Numbered from the stretch's first letter, positions 28,814-37,933 are shown. The stretch is 64,000 nucleotides of DNA from an uncultured Gemmatimonadales bacterium (GCA_963783385.1 CAWANJ010000006.1:96001-160000), one strand, 5' to 3'. Notes: generated by a model from the sequence alone, not told the origin. Made by a program: numbers and translations.

Positions 28814-29518
28814 CTATTCCGGCTCGTCGGTGCGGACCCAGGCGGCGATCTCCAGCCGGGTGTGCAGGGTGAGCTTCTCCATGATATTGCGTACGTGGCT
28901 CTTCACGGTATGGGGCGAGATGTGAAGCTGCGCGGCGATCTTCTTGTTGGACGATCCCTCCGAGATGAGATCGACCACCTCGCGTTCGCGCGGCGTGAAT
29001 TGCACGTCCTCGACCGCTTCCGGTCCACGGCTGGCGACCGCATCCCGGGCGATCTGAGAGAAGAGCGTGGTGGTCATCGGGGACGGGAGGACGCGAGCAC
29101 CATCCGCGACGGATCGGATGGTGTTCACGAGCTCCTCCAGGGTGGCATCCTTCATGATGAATCCGAACACCCCCGCCTGGATGAAGGCCTGGATGTCCTC
29201 GTGGATCGGAAGCAGGTCCATGACGACGACCCTGGACTCCGGGAGTTCCTGTCCGACCCGCCTGGCCGCACGCAGGCTATCGCCGTTCTCCAGTCCCAGG
29301 TCCAGGAGGACCACGTCCGGCCTTATGTCCTTGAGGCGAGAGACATTGGCGCTCGGCCGCGCCCAGACCAGCCTCAGGTCCGACACTCCACTGAGCAGCC
29401 TCGTCATCCCCTCCAGCACCAGCCGACTGTCCTCGATCAACGCTACGTCGATGACATTGGGCGCCCCAACTCGTGGAGAGAAGCTCGGTGCCGTTTCGCC
29501 CTCGGACGGATGACTCAT
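28814..29518 (-). CDS. NarL/LuxR family response regulator (orphan)
   Basis: IEDS, DVVLLD, FIMKDA receiver motifs; TPREREVV...SNKKIA...TVKSHVRNIMEKL HTH. Confidence 0.92.
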   Translation of the reverse strand: MSHPSEGETAPSFSPRVGAPNVIDVALIEDSRLVLEGMTRLLSGVSDLRLVWARPSANVSRLKDIRPDVVLLDLGLENGDSLRAARRVGQELPESRVVVMDLLPIHEDIQAFIQAGVFGFIMKDATLEELVNTIRSVADGARVLPSPMTTTLFSQIARDAVASRGPEAVEDVQFTPREREVVDLISEGSSNKKIAAQLHISPHTVKSHVRNIMEKLTLHTRLEIAAWVRTDEPE

Positions 29519-29824
29519 CGGAACCGTGCCTAGCTGCACATTCAAGGTCTGCCAACCCTGAAAGATAGCGCTCGGAGTGCCCGGGTGTCCAACCATCGTA
29601 GCCCGGCTGTGGAGCTACGGATCGACCTGCTTGAAGTGGCGGAGCCGGCCCTGGCGCACGTCAATGACCCCGCGGCCGGTCGCACGGCTGTTCAAGGGGG
29701 AGGCCCTACAGGGGAGACCGCGCGTCGCGAAGACGAAGCCGCCCGGAGACGCAAACGCGTTCGCAGGGGCGTCATCGAAAAGGGAAATGTCGCGCTTACT
29801 ACGTCCGCCGCCCCGGAGGAGCGT

Positions 29825-30046
29825 CTACCCTTCGCGCCCGCCCCGCATTCCCACGAAGACGAGTCCGAGGCCGGAGAGCACAGCGAGTCCGGCGATCCAC
29901 GGCTGAATGGGATGCCGTTCCTGGGAGCTGACGGTCACGCCGCCCACGGACATCATGTCGTGGCGCGACATGTAACCACCCCCGAACAGGAAGACGGCAA
30001 TCCCGGCCACGATCAGCACGATTCCGGCTACGGCGGATATGCGCAT
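29825..30046 (-). CDS. Small 2-TM membrane protein
   Basis: MRISAVAGIVLIVAGIAVFLFGG...PWIAGLAVLSGLGLVFVG; GGAGG RBS. Confidence 0.75.
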   Translation of the reverse strand: MRISAVAGIVLIVAGIAVFLFGGGYMSRHDMMSVGGVTVSSQERHPIQPWIAGLAVLSGLGLVFVGMRGGREG

Positions 30047-30085
30047 GGTTCCTCCCATCCACAGTGCGTGTGCGTGATGCCAGCG

Positions 30086-30577
30086 TTAGCGCGTGGGCGA
30101 TGCGAGATTGCCGCAGGCCACGACCGTTTGCGAATTCGCTGCCGACGCGTAGACGACTACGAAGTAGTCTCCGGTTCGGGGCGTCTCGATCGGAATCGTG
30201 GCCGTCCCGGTCGCGCGACCGTCGGAGTCGACCTGGAGCGGACTGTAGGCCGCCATGGAGCCGAATACGCCCTGGTCCGTCGTGTCTCCACACTGGCCAC
30301 GGTGCATCGCCCACGGATGGCGCCCACCCGCAGTCGCGTTGGCCAGGTCCACCGTGATGATGGTGTGGCTTCCAGTCGAATCAGGGGCCATGGAAGCCGA
30401 CCCGTTCATCTGCACCGCACCGGCCAGAGTGGCAGGGGAGGCGAGATTGGCATGCCAGCGTGAGTTGAGCGTCGCGTCGGCGGCGCTCATCTGGACCGAC
30501 GGCTCATGATGGAAGGGGTTGCACGCAGCGAACGCGAGGACAGTGAGGGGGACCGCCAGCAGCTTGAATGCAGACAT
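30086..30577 (-). CDS. Lipoprotein, Cu/Zn-SOD/CHRD-like fold
   Basis: Lipobox FAAC; HPWAMHRGQCG and VVACGNL; GGAGG RBS. Confidence 0.7.
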   Translation of the reverse strand: MSAFKLLAVPLTVLAFAACNPFHHEPSVQMSAADATLNSRWHANLASPATLAGAVQMNGSASMAPDSTGSHTIITVDLANATAGGRHPWAMHRGQCGDTTDQGVFGSMAAYSPLQVDSDGRATGTATIPIETPRTGDYFVVVYASAANSQTVVACGNLASPTR

Positions 30578-30869
30578 GATCAGACCTCCGGTTGATGCGG
30601 GTCGCCGCCCAACGTGACTATAGCCACGTGTCGTGTAGCGGCGGGCGGCGGCCCGACCTAAAAAGAATTCTAGTCGGAGCCGCTGCCTGCGGAAATCGCC
30701 CGTTGGGCTGAGATCTGGCCTACTCCGAAGGGACTAGTAGAGCCGGCCCCAGGTATGGCGGCGGCCGAGACGGCCCACAAGAGGCCCACCCACAGGACCA
30801 AGGATGAGGCACTACGGGAAGCTGGCGGCACCGACGACACGACACCGTAGGTGGCGTTGACGTCATTGG

Positions 30870-30923
30870 AGCGGAGGGGGAGGGATTCGAACCCTCAAGC
30901 CCGTGAGGGCGCCGGTTTTCGAG
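30870..30923 (-). repeat. Exact 54-bp duplicate of the tRNA-Ser(CGA) 3' half (att site)
   Basis: agcggagggggagggattcgaaccctcaagcccgtgagggcgccggttttcgag is identical to 35864-35917 and ends in the anticodon loop. Confidence 0.95.
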
Positions 30924-32604
30924 TTGCGTGGATGTAGCTCGGGTCAGCTCCACTGAGCTCCGAACATCTCACGCCTGCTGGCGTTTCGCCGCTCCCCAGC
31001 CCGGGCGGGGCTCGGCTCGCCGCCGCGATCCGGCCCAGGAGGTTCTTGCCCAGTATGGCGGAGGCGCTGAGCGCGCCACCGATCAGGGCGCCGGCGACCC
31101 CACAGGTGGCGGTGTCCTGTCCGGTCAGATAGAGCCCCGGCACCGGTGTTCGAGGTCGCAGCCAGCGCTGCTCGAACCGCCGCGGCGTGTGGGCCAGGCC
31201 GTAGATCTCCCCCCGAGGGTGGTTGCAGAAGTGGCGCGTCGTCAGCGGCGTCGAAAGCTCCCAGGTGTCGATTCTTCCCCTCGTCTGCGGTACGTGCTCG
31301 TACAGGACTTCGAGCAATCGATCCGCCAGCCGGCTCTTGAGCGCGTCGTACTCCTCGCCGCGCTTCTTCCACCGGGTCCCTTCCCACCTGGCGAACGACT
31401 CGTAGGGCATGCCGGAGACGATGTCGATCGTGGCGCGGCCGGGGTGTCGGCGCTCAAAATCGGGATCCTTCGCAGAGGGAAACGAGATGAAGGTGAACGA
31501 GGGGCTCTCGTCCCCGCGCCGCATGGCCGCGAACGTCGCATCGTGATCCTCGTGTGGGTGGATCCACAGGTTGGCCCTGGGGAGCCCGAGCGCATCCGCC
31601 GTACGGTCGAGACCCACGTAGAGGCAGAGATGTGCGATCGAGGGGCGCAGGCCCTCCAGATGGTCCACGACGCCCGACTGCACCGCCGTCTCGTGCGGCA
31701 GCAGGCGACGGAACGTGTTGCGCACGCCGGCGTCGCTCACGATCACGGGCGCGCGGAGAACCGCCCCATCCGCCGCCATCCGCACGCCGACGGCGCGCCC
31801 GGCCTCCACCACGATCTCGGACACGTCCGCTCTGATGAGCACGCGGCCGCCCGCTTCGGCGATAACCGGGACGACCGTCTCCGCAATACGCCCCGCACCT
31901 CCGACGGGATAGAAGCCGCCTTCCATGTAGTGGCCCACCACCATGGCGTGGATCCCGAAGCTGCTCTGGCCCGGCGGTAAGCCGAAGTCTCCCCACTGGG
32001 CCGTGAGCAGGCCGATGAGACGCGAGTCGCTCGTCAGTGACTCCAGGACCTCGCGCGTGGTCCGCCGCGCGTGGCGCAGGAAGCGCCGCCGGAGGAGGGG
32101 CCCGGTCAGGGCCGCGACCGGTGCCGGTAGCGCCTTCTCCATGAAGAAGCGTCGGGTGTCCGCCTCCACCTGCCGTACCAGGGCCAGGTAGGCGTCGATG
32201 GCGTCGCTTTCAGCCGGGAATCTCTCCTTCAGGCGGCGACGCAACGGCTCTCGGCCCGCCGGCAGGTCGAATCGCTCCTCTCCGAGGACGATCCGGTCGT
32301 AGACCTGGCCCATATCGGCCCAGTCGAGACGTCCGTCCGTGATGTCATTGAAGAGGGCGCGGAGCATCGTGCCCCGCTGCACGTCCCCGATGTAGTGCAC
32401 CCCCACGTCCCACTCGTAACCCGGGCGCCGGAAGACGTGGGTGAACCCTCCCGGAGTGTAATGGCGCTCGAGGACGAGGACGCGTCTGCCGCCGTGCCGA
32501 GCCAGCAGGGCGGCCGCCGAGAGGCCGCCCATGCCGGAGCCGACGACGATGACATTGTACCGATCGTCCAGATCGGCCCTCCGATAGGACTCGGCGATCT
32601 TCAC
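30895..32604 (-). CDS. FAD-dependent oxidoreductase, phytoene desaturase / retinol saturase-like
   Basis: IVVGSGMGG, ERHYTPGG, WDVGVHYIG, FISFPSAKD, STPLTT, LYLTGQD. Confidence 0.88.
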   Translation of the reverse strand: MKIAESYRRADLDDRYNVIVVGSGMGGLSAAALLARHGGRRVLVLERHYTPGGFTHVFRRPGYEWDVGVHYIGDVQRGTMLRALFNDITDGRLDWADMGQVYDRIVLGEERFDLPAGREPLRRRLKERFPAESDAIDAYLALVRQVEADTRRFFMEKALPAPVAALTGPLLRRRFLRHARRTTREVLESLTSDSRLIGLLTAQWGDFGLPPGQSSFGIHAMVVGHYMEGGFYPVGGAGRIAETVVPVIAEAGGRVLIRADVSEIVVEAGRAVGVRMAADGAVLRAPVIVSDAGVRNTFRRLLPHETAVQSGVVDHLEGLRPSIAHLCLYVGLDRTADALGLPRANLWIHPHEDHDATFAAMRRGDESPSFTFISFPSAKDPDFERRHPGRATIDIVSGMPYESFARWEGTRWKKRGEEYDALKSRLADRLLEVLYEHVPQTRGRIDTWELSTPLTTRHFCNHPRGEIYGLAHTPRRFEQRWLRPRTPVPGLYLTGQDTATCGVAGALIGGALSASAILGKNLLGRIAAASRAPPGLGSGETPAGVRCSELSGADPSYIHATRKPAPSRA

Positions 32605-32648
32605 GCTGCGCCTCCTCGTCGCCGGTCTCGCCGCGCCGCCGGTGAGCG

Positions 32649-33176
32649 CTAGTAGGAGATCCAGCCCGTTCCGTCGCTGGTCCAGCTTCCCGATTCGCCC
32701 AGCACGGCCACGATGTCGAGCATTCCGGCCGCCCCGGCGAACCGGCCCGAGCCCCCGACGATCTCCGCCTGGAAGCGCAGCCGGGTGGTCGAGACCGCCT
32801 GGCCGGCGAGCGTCATGTCGATCCGGTCGCCGTTCGCTGCTACGACCGTTGCGTTCCCATCTCCGATCTCGCCCGTCGTCGCATCGAGGCACCACGAGAG
32901 CTCGATGTCGAACCCGCCCACGTGAGAAGCCCGACCCCGTCCCTCCGCCTCGAAGGCCACCACATTGGCGCTGCACGCCCCCACCGGCCTCAGCGTGCCC
33001 GAGGACGTCTCGCTGAGCGGCCGGGCCACAGCGTCCTCTGATGAGCGGATGACCGCGTCGCTCTGCTGTAGGCCCGCGACCTGATCCGGGCTCACCGGAC
33101 TGGCCGTTCCATCGCAGCCCAGGAGGCTGAGCGGGAGCGCGAGCACAACGAGGTAGAGAATCGCGAGCCTGTGCAT
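32649..33176 (-). CDS. Lipoprotein of unknown function (beta-rich)
   Basis: Lipobox LLGC; GGAGG RBS; AANGDRI and IVGGSGRFAGAAG motifs. Confidence 0.8.
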   Translation of the reverse strand: MHRLAILYLVVLALPLSLLGCDGTASPVSPDQVAGLQQSDAVIRSSEDAVARPLSETSSGTLRPVGACSANVVAFEAEGRGRASHVGGFDIELSWCLDATTGEIGDGNATVVAANGDRIDMTLAGQAVSTTRLRFQAEIVGGSGRFAGAAGMLDIVAVLGESGSWTSDGTGWISY

Positions 33177-33258
33177 GATCGACCTCCGAGTCGAAGGTTC
33201 GCGCCGCCCCGAAACGAACGGGGAGGGGCGGCGATCACCCGGAGTCTAGTTCCGGCCC

Positions 33259-33295
33259 GTCAGGCTTCTCTCAGTCCCTGTCAGCCGAACGTCAG
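33259..33295 (-). promoter_or_regulatory. Helically phased direct repeats, candidate SARP/BTAD binding sites
   Basis: TCAG cores at 33260, 33271, 33281 and 33292 (spacing 11/10/11). Confidence 0.5.
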
Positions 33296-35481
33296 CTCAG
33301 ACCGAGGCGGCCCAAGAGCTTTTCGAACCCCGGCTCCGACCGTAGCGGGTCGAAGAAGGGATCGGTGGCCACGAAGGCCAGGCTAGGCCCGGCTGTCGCC
33401 ATCTCGCTCCCGCTGCCCAGGACGTTGCGGAAATGCGACTCGAGGACGGTCAGCGCCCGGTCGGGCATCCCCAGCAGCGCGTACAGCGAGCCGACCCCGT
33501 ACCAGTGGACGGCACCGGGCGCGAGCGCCACGATCCGGTCCAGCACGGCGGAGGCGGCGGCGGGCTCCTCGAGCTCGTCGAGCAGAGTCCGCCAGGGGGG
33601 GCCGAACATTCGGATGGGAGCCCACTCCCTTCGCGCGGCGGCGAGATCCCCCTCCAGGTAATGGATTCCGCCGAGTATATACGAGGCGGGGTCGAACTCG
33701 ACCGCGAGCTGGCTCACGAGGCGGAGCTGGCGAGCGGCGAGGTCCCGGTCGCCACCCTGCCATGCCTGGAAGCCGACGTGGAAGTTCGTGGAGACGGAGA
33801 GCGGGTCGAGAGCGTGGGCACGCCGCATCGTCTCGAAGGCCTCCTCGGTCCGCCCCGTAACACACTGCACGTAGGCGAGAAACACACACGCGCGGGTGTC
33901 ACTCACTGTGAGATCGAGGGCACGCCGCAGGTGATCCTCGGCCCCCTCCATGTCCCGTCCGAGAAGGAAGGCGATCATCCCAGCCGCGGAGTGCGCTTCG
34001 GCGCATGCGGGATCGAGCGAGATGGCTCGCTCGGCGGCGGACTCCGCCTTCGCTAGCCACACGGCCGCGGGGGCGGCCGTGTAGCTGGGGATCAGCGCGT
34101 ACGTCGCGGCCAGGCCCGCATAGGCCCGGGCGTAGCCCGGCTCGAGCTCGATGGCCTGCTGGAAGAGTCCGACGGCTTCCTCGAGAGCGCCCTCGACGCT
34201 GTCCTCCCACCGCCTCATTCCGCGCACGTAGAGCTCGCTGGCGTCGGGATCCCGGGGATCCGGCCTCGTCAGGGCTCTCCGTTCGGGAGGGCGAAGACGG
34301 AGATCGAGGATGTCGACCACCCGTTCGGCCAGGCGGGTCTGCAATTGGAAGACCTCGCCGAGCGTCGCCTCGTAGCTGTCCGCCCACAGGTGCGTGGCGT
34401 CCGACGCCCGAATGAGCTGCGAGCTGACCCGGACTCTCCGCTCCTTCGCAGAATCATCCCAGCGGACCGCTCCCTCCAGAACGTAGTCCACGCCCAGCTC
34501 CCGCCGGACCTGTGCGATGCTCAGCGTCGCTCCGCGGTACCGGTTCGCGCTGGTGCGGGCGATCACGGCGAGACCCGATAGCTGCGCCAGCCGGCTGGTG
34601 ACCTCCTCGGTGATCCCCTCGGTGAAGCGCTCATCCTCCGGGTCGCCCAGGTGCTCGAACGGGAGGACCACGAGCCGGGGCGCCGACCTGTCGATCGCTA
34701 CCGGTGGCGGGAAGACGGCTTCGGAGCTCACGCCTTCGACATCTTGCGGCGGCATCTCGATCCGCGCCATCAGGCCCGTCACCTCCGGCGCCGGCATCAT
34801 CCCCTCGGACTGCAGCCGTCGCTCGTACCGCTCGTACTGGCGGAGGGCTCCCCGCCGGTCACCCTCCTCGAGCAGGAGCTCGATCAGGAACCGGTGCACG
34901 TGGGGGGCGAAGGGCTCGCTCTCCGCCCACCGTCGGGCCGCGGCGATCGCCCCGGCCCGGTCGCCGCGGTCCCGGTGACGCTCCGCGGCCTCGCGGCACG
35001 CCCCGCGATGGAGATCCGCCAGATGGTCGCGCCACCCATCGACCCAGCGCTCGAAGGGCACCGTGTCCCTCAGATAGGTCCCCGCGAGGAAGGGGCCGCG
35101 GTAGAGGCGGAACGCGTCTTCGAGTGCGCCGCGCTCCACGGCCTGTTCGAACGCCACCGCGTCGGCGTCGATCCAATCGGATGCCGAGAGGCGCTCGCCT
35201 GCGCGCTCCACCCACCCCGGCCCCAACGTCCCCTTCAGCTCGTAGAGCACCTGGCTCAGGGAGTGTCGCGCCCGGCGCCCGTCGCGCTCGGGCCAGAGGA
35301 GACCGATGAGCTGGTCCCTCGTCGCGGTGCGCTCGACGGCCAGGAAGACGAGCAGGGCGGCGGAAAGGTCCGAGAGGACGAGGTGCGCCTCTCCAGCTCC
35401 ATCCTTCGTGACGGCGAAGCCTCCGAGAGTGCGAACCCTGATGGTCACAGGACTTCGCGAAGGAAGGTCGACCGAAGCCAT
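33292..35481 (-). CDS. SARP-like wHTH-BTAD regulator with TolB-N-like and TPR domains
   Basis: VRTLGGF, RDQLIGLLWPE, LYRGPFLAG; LVVLPFEHLG...VIARTSA; DPFFDPLRSEPGF. Confidence 0.88.
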   Translation of the reverse strand: MASVDLPSRSPVTIRVRTLGGFAVTKDGAGEAHLVLSDLSAALLVFLAVERTATRDQLIGLLWPERDGRRARHSLSQVLYELKGTLGPGWVERAGERLSASDWIDADAVAFEQAVERGALEDAFRLYRGPFLAGTYLRDTVPFERWVDGWRDHLADLHRGACREAAERHRDRGDRAGAIAAARRWAESEPFAPHVHRFLIELLLEEGDRRGALRQYERYERRLQSEGMMPAPEVTGLMARIEMPPQDVEGVSSEAVFPPPVAIDRSAPRLVVLPFEHLGDPEDERFTEGITEEVTSRLAQLSGLAVIARTSANRYRGATLSIAQVRRELGVDYVLEGAVRWDDSAKERRVRVSSQLIRASDATHLWADSYEATLGEVFQLQTRLAERVVDILDLRLRPPERRALTRPDPRDPDASELYVRGMRRWEDSVEGALEEAVGLFQQAIELEPGYARAYAGLAATYALIPSYTAAPAAVWLAKAESAAERAISLDPACAEAHSAAGMIAFLLGRDMEGAEDHLRRALDLTVSDTRACVFLAYVQCVTGRTEEAFETMRRAHALDPLSVSTNFHVGFQAWQGGDRDLAARQLRLVSQLAVEFDPASYILGGIHYLEGDLAAARREWAPIRMFGPPWRTLLDELEEPAAASAVLDRIVALAPGAVHWYGVGSLYALLGMPDRALTVLESHFRNVLGSGSEMATAGPSLAFVATDPFFDPLRSEPGFEKLLGRLGLS

Positions 35482-35498
35482 GCTCCAGAACCCCCGCT

Positions 35499-35705
35499 CT
35501 ATTGGCCGGCCGCCCCGGGCACCAGCCCCAGCTGTCGCTGCATGCTCAGAACATCCGGATGGACCCGCTGCTCCGCGATCCTGCCGTCACGCACTCTGAA
35601 CATGGCCACCTCGGAGATCGCCACGCGTTTTTCCGTCGCGGACGGCCCGGGAATTCGCCCAGGTTGGTACCTCCCGACGAGAATCGCACCACGATGCGGT
35701 GGCGG
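35499..35705 (-). pseudogene. SnoaL-like ester cyclase fragment
   Basis: IVVRFSSGGTNLGEF and ATEKRVAISEVAMFRVRDGRIAEQ...DVLSMQRQLG lie in two frames; the 5' part is missing. Confidence 0.65.
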
Positions 35706-35865
35706 CCGGTCGGAACGCCACCCTGACAAGATGGCACAGCTCCGCTCGTGCGGGGGTCCCGAGGTGGGAGACGACCGGGCTCGCGGGGCGTGGAAAGGTC
35801 GAGATCGAGGACGGCGCCCGAGGAGCCAGACGTGAATCCACGCCAATCGCTGGGAGATCGGGAAG

Positions 35866-35947
35866 CGGAGGGGGAGGGATTCGAACCCTCAAGCCCGTGA
35901 GGGCGCCGGTTTTCGAGACCGGTGCATTGCCGTTCTGCCACCCCTCC
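35866..35947 (-). tRNA. tRNA-Ser(CGA)
   Basis: GGAGGGG acceptor, CCGGT-CT-CGA-AA-ACCGG anticodon arm, long variable arm, GGTTCGAATCC; CCA not encoded. Confidence 0.97.
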
Positions 35948-35994
35948 GGGACCGCACCCGGTGCGAGGCCGGGAGGGCCGTTCTTTTCACGCAG

Positions 35995-36081
35995 CGGACG
36001 GGGTGGGATTTGAACCCACGAGGCGCTAACGCGCCCACACGCTCTCCAGGCGTGCGCCTTAAGCCGCTCGGCCACCCGTCC
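35995..36081 (-). tRNA. tRNA-Ser(GGA)
   Basis: CACGC-CT-GGA-GA-GCGTG anticodon arm, long variable arm, GGTTCAAATCC. Confidence 0.97.
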
Positions 36082-36115
36082 GGGCTGTCCATGGCGCCGG
36101 CCTCGCCGGCTGAAA

Positions 36116-36201
36116 CGGAGGGGGAGGGATTCGAACCCTCGCGGGCCTTTCGGCCCAACGCCTTAGCAGGGCGCCGCCTTAAGCCACTCGGCCACCCCTC
36201 C
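36116..36201 (-). tRNA. tRNA-Ser(GCT)
   Basis: GCGCC-CT-GCT-AA-GGCGT anticodon arm, GGGCCGAAAGGCCC variable arm. Confidence 0.97.
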
Positions 36202-36227
36202 GGGTGCGCACGTTCAGCCCGTGCCCG

Positions 36228-36270
36228 AAACGAAAAGGAGTGAAGGACCGCGTCGCCGCAATCCCTTCAC
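36228..36270 (-). terminator. Hairpin plus U-rich tract between tRNA-Gln and tRNA-Ser(GCT)
   Basis: GTGAAGGGA...TCCTTCAC followed by TCCTTTTCGTTT on the minus strand. Confidence 0.4.
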
Positions 36271-36296
36271 CCCCGATCGGTCCGTCCCATGTCGAG

Positions 36297-36369
36297 TTGG
36301 CCCGCCTGGGTTCGAACCAGGAATCTCTTGGTCCAGAGCCAAGCGTGTTGCCAGTTACACCACGGGCCA
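36297..36369 (-). tRNA. tRNA-Gln(CTG)
   Basis: TGGCCCG/CGGGCCA acceptor, CTTGG-CT-CTG-GA-CCAAG anticodon arm, GGTTCGAACC. Confidence 0.97.
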
Positions 36370-36448
36370 ATGCGGCGTCCGGACGTCGCCGGTCCGGACC
36401 GCGGCGGGCCCCGGAGAGGAGCCCCGCTCCCCCGAAGAGGGGTCGCCG

Positions 36449-36477
36449 ACAATAGCCTATCCCCCGGGGGGGAGCAA
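36449..36477 (-). promoter_or_regulatory. Sigma70 promoter of the tRNA operon
   Basis: TTGCTC-N17-TATTGT on the minus strand, about 80 bp upstream of tRNA-Gln. Confidence 0.65.
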
Positions 36478-36503
36478 GTTCCGGCCGCCCCCACCGCGAG
36501 CCC

Positions 36504-36794
36504 TCAGGGGATGGGCTCGCGAACCTCCCGGAGCAACGCGAGATCCCCTTCGCGCTCCTCGGACGCGGCCTCCAGTTCGGCCTGGATACCGACCACCCGG
36601 TCATCGCCGAGCGCCGCCTCCTGGCCGGCCGGGAAACGCGTCACTTCCACGAAGCGCCCCGATCTTCCCTCGGCCTCGAGGAGCTCCGAGTCGATGCCCA
36701 TGGCGAACAGCGTCCCGCTCCACTCCGACCACGCCGCCAGGTAGCGCTCCCGCGCTTCCTCCGCGACGATCGCGCGCACCACGTGCCACCTCAC
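36504..36794 (-). CDS. Hypothetical protein (possible ABM-like ferredoxin fold)
   Basis: GTG overlaps the GntR stop (GTGA); VRWHVVRAIVAEEARERYLAAW...RFVEVTRF. Confidence 0.6.
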   Translation of the reverse strand: MRWHVVRAIVAEEARERYLAAWSEWSGTLFAMGIDSELLEAEGRSGRFVEVTRFPAGQEAALGDDRVVGIQAELEAASEEREGDLALLREVREPIP

Positions 36795-37933
36795 GCTCGT
36801 CCTGACCTCCTCCGTCGACTTCCGCGGGACCTGCCCCCGGCGAGACCGCCCGGACCCACCCCGATCGGACCGACCGCGAGCCTGCGCGCCAGATCCGCGC
36901 ACAGCGCCGGATCCACGGTCCGGACGCCCAGCAGCCGCGTCGCTTCGATCCGACCTTCGAGCGCCGGACGACAGGCCACGTCGGCGAGCACGAACCGCGC
37001 CAGACGCAGCCCCCGGTCGAGCCTGGGCGAGGCGCCGGGCGCCAGGGCCAGGGCGGCGACCTCCCGTCCCCGGAGGCCGGCGGCCAGATCCCGGAAGCGT
37101 CTACGGAGGGTGGGACTCACCGACACGAGCACGGCCACGGCCCCGACGGCCAGGCGAAGGAGTAGACGGCGCTCCCGGGCCCCTCCGGGAGCCCGGAGCG
37201 CGACAACCTCGACCCAGGGCGGCAGCGCGGCACGCATCGCCGGGGCCTGGCGCGGGGAGGCCGCGATCAGGGCCCCGGAGGCTCGTTCAGGCTGCCGTCG
37301 GAGGGCGTCGGGGTCCGAGGCCGTGACCCGGATGCCGGAGAGGGCCCACTCGAGCTCGCGGCGACGAAGCTCCCGCAGCTCCGGCTCCTCGTCGACCACG
37401 ATGACCCGCCGGGCGGAGAGGGCCGCCCGCCAGCGCTCGAACAGCCCTGCCAGCTCCGCGGTTCCGGAGCCACGAGCCCGCTCGCGGGCCACGAAGGCAC
37501 GGAACGGATCCGGATCCCGGCCGGGGCCGACTCCCGGAGCGACGGCCGCGTCGCCCTCGCCCGTATCGGGCGCGGTCACGTAGGCACCGCTCCCCGGCTT
37601 CAGCTCCACCAGGCCCTCCCGGGCCAGGCGGCGGTAGGCCGACAGCACGGTGCCGCGGTCGATCCCGAGCCGCTCGGCGAGGACCCGGCCGCCGGGGAGC
37701 CGCGCCCCGGCCGTGCAGCGGCCCTCGCGCAGGGCGGCGGCCAGCTGCGCGGCCAACTGGCGGTGGAGCGGCACGGACTCGCCGGGCCGGAGCCGCAGGG
37801 AAAGCCACGGCAGGGGCCCGGTGGGATGGCTTGCGTCCGCCGCCGTACCGCCGCCGGAGCCGACACTCCCGCAAGGGCCTGGATCGCAGAACCCGCGTCG
37901 CTTCGACGTTTTCGAGCCTCGCCTCCGCTCCAT
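36791..37933 (-). CDS. GntR family regulator with an uncharacterised C-terminus
   Basis: PLHRQLAAQL...RLPGGRVLAERLGIDRGTVLSAYRRLAREGLVELKPGSGAYV. Confidence 0.85.
   Translation of the reverse strand: MERRRGSKTSKRRGFCDPGPCGSVGSGGGTAADASHPTGPLPWLSLRLRPGESVPLHRQLAAQLAAALREGRCTAGARLPGGRVLAERLGIDRGTVLSAYRRLAREGLVELKPGSGAYVTAPDTGEGDAAVAPGVGPGRDPDPFRAFVARERARGSGTAELAGLFERWRAALSARRVIVVDEEPELRELRRRELEWALSGIRVTASDPDALRRQPERASGALIAASPRQAPAMRAALPPWVEVVALRAPGGARERRLLLRLAVGAVAVLVSVSPTLRRRFRDLAAGLRGREVAALALAPGASPRLDRGLRLARFVLADVACRPALEGRIEATRLLGVRTVDPALCADLARRLAVGPIGVGPGGLAGGRSRGSRRRRSGRA

Larger units (their letters stand above)
28801..30869. mobile_element. tRNA-Ser-associated islet A (no integrase)
   Basis: Bounded by the degenerate (28770) and perfect (30870) tRNA fragments; appears less GC-rich by eye. 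Confidence 0.5.
30924..35863. mobile_element. tRNA-Ser-associated islet B (no integrase)
   Basis: About 4.9 kb between two identical 54-bp direct repeats, one of which is part of the intact tRNA. Confidence 0.75.

Noticed and set aside
30870-30923. A fifth tRNA gene
   Set aside because: Only the 3' half is present, with no D-arm or 5' acceptor strand, so it is an att duplicate.
35706-35863. Integrase remnant next to tRNA-Ser
   Set aside because: No R...HxxR...Y motifs recognised; the nearby coding remnant is SnoaL-like.
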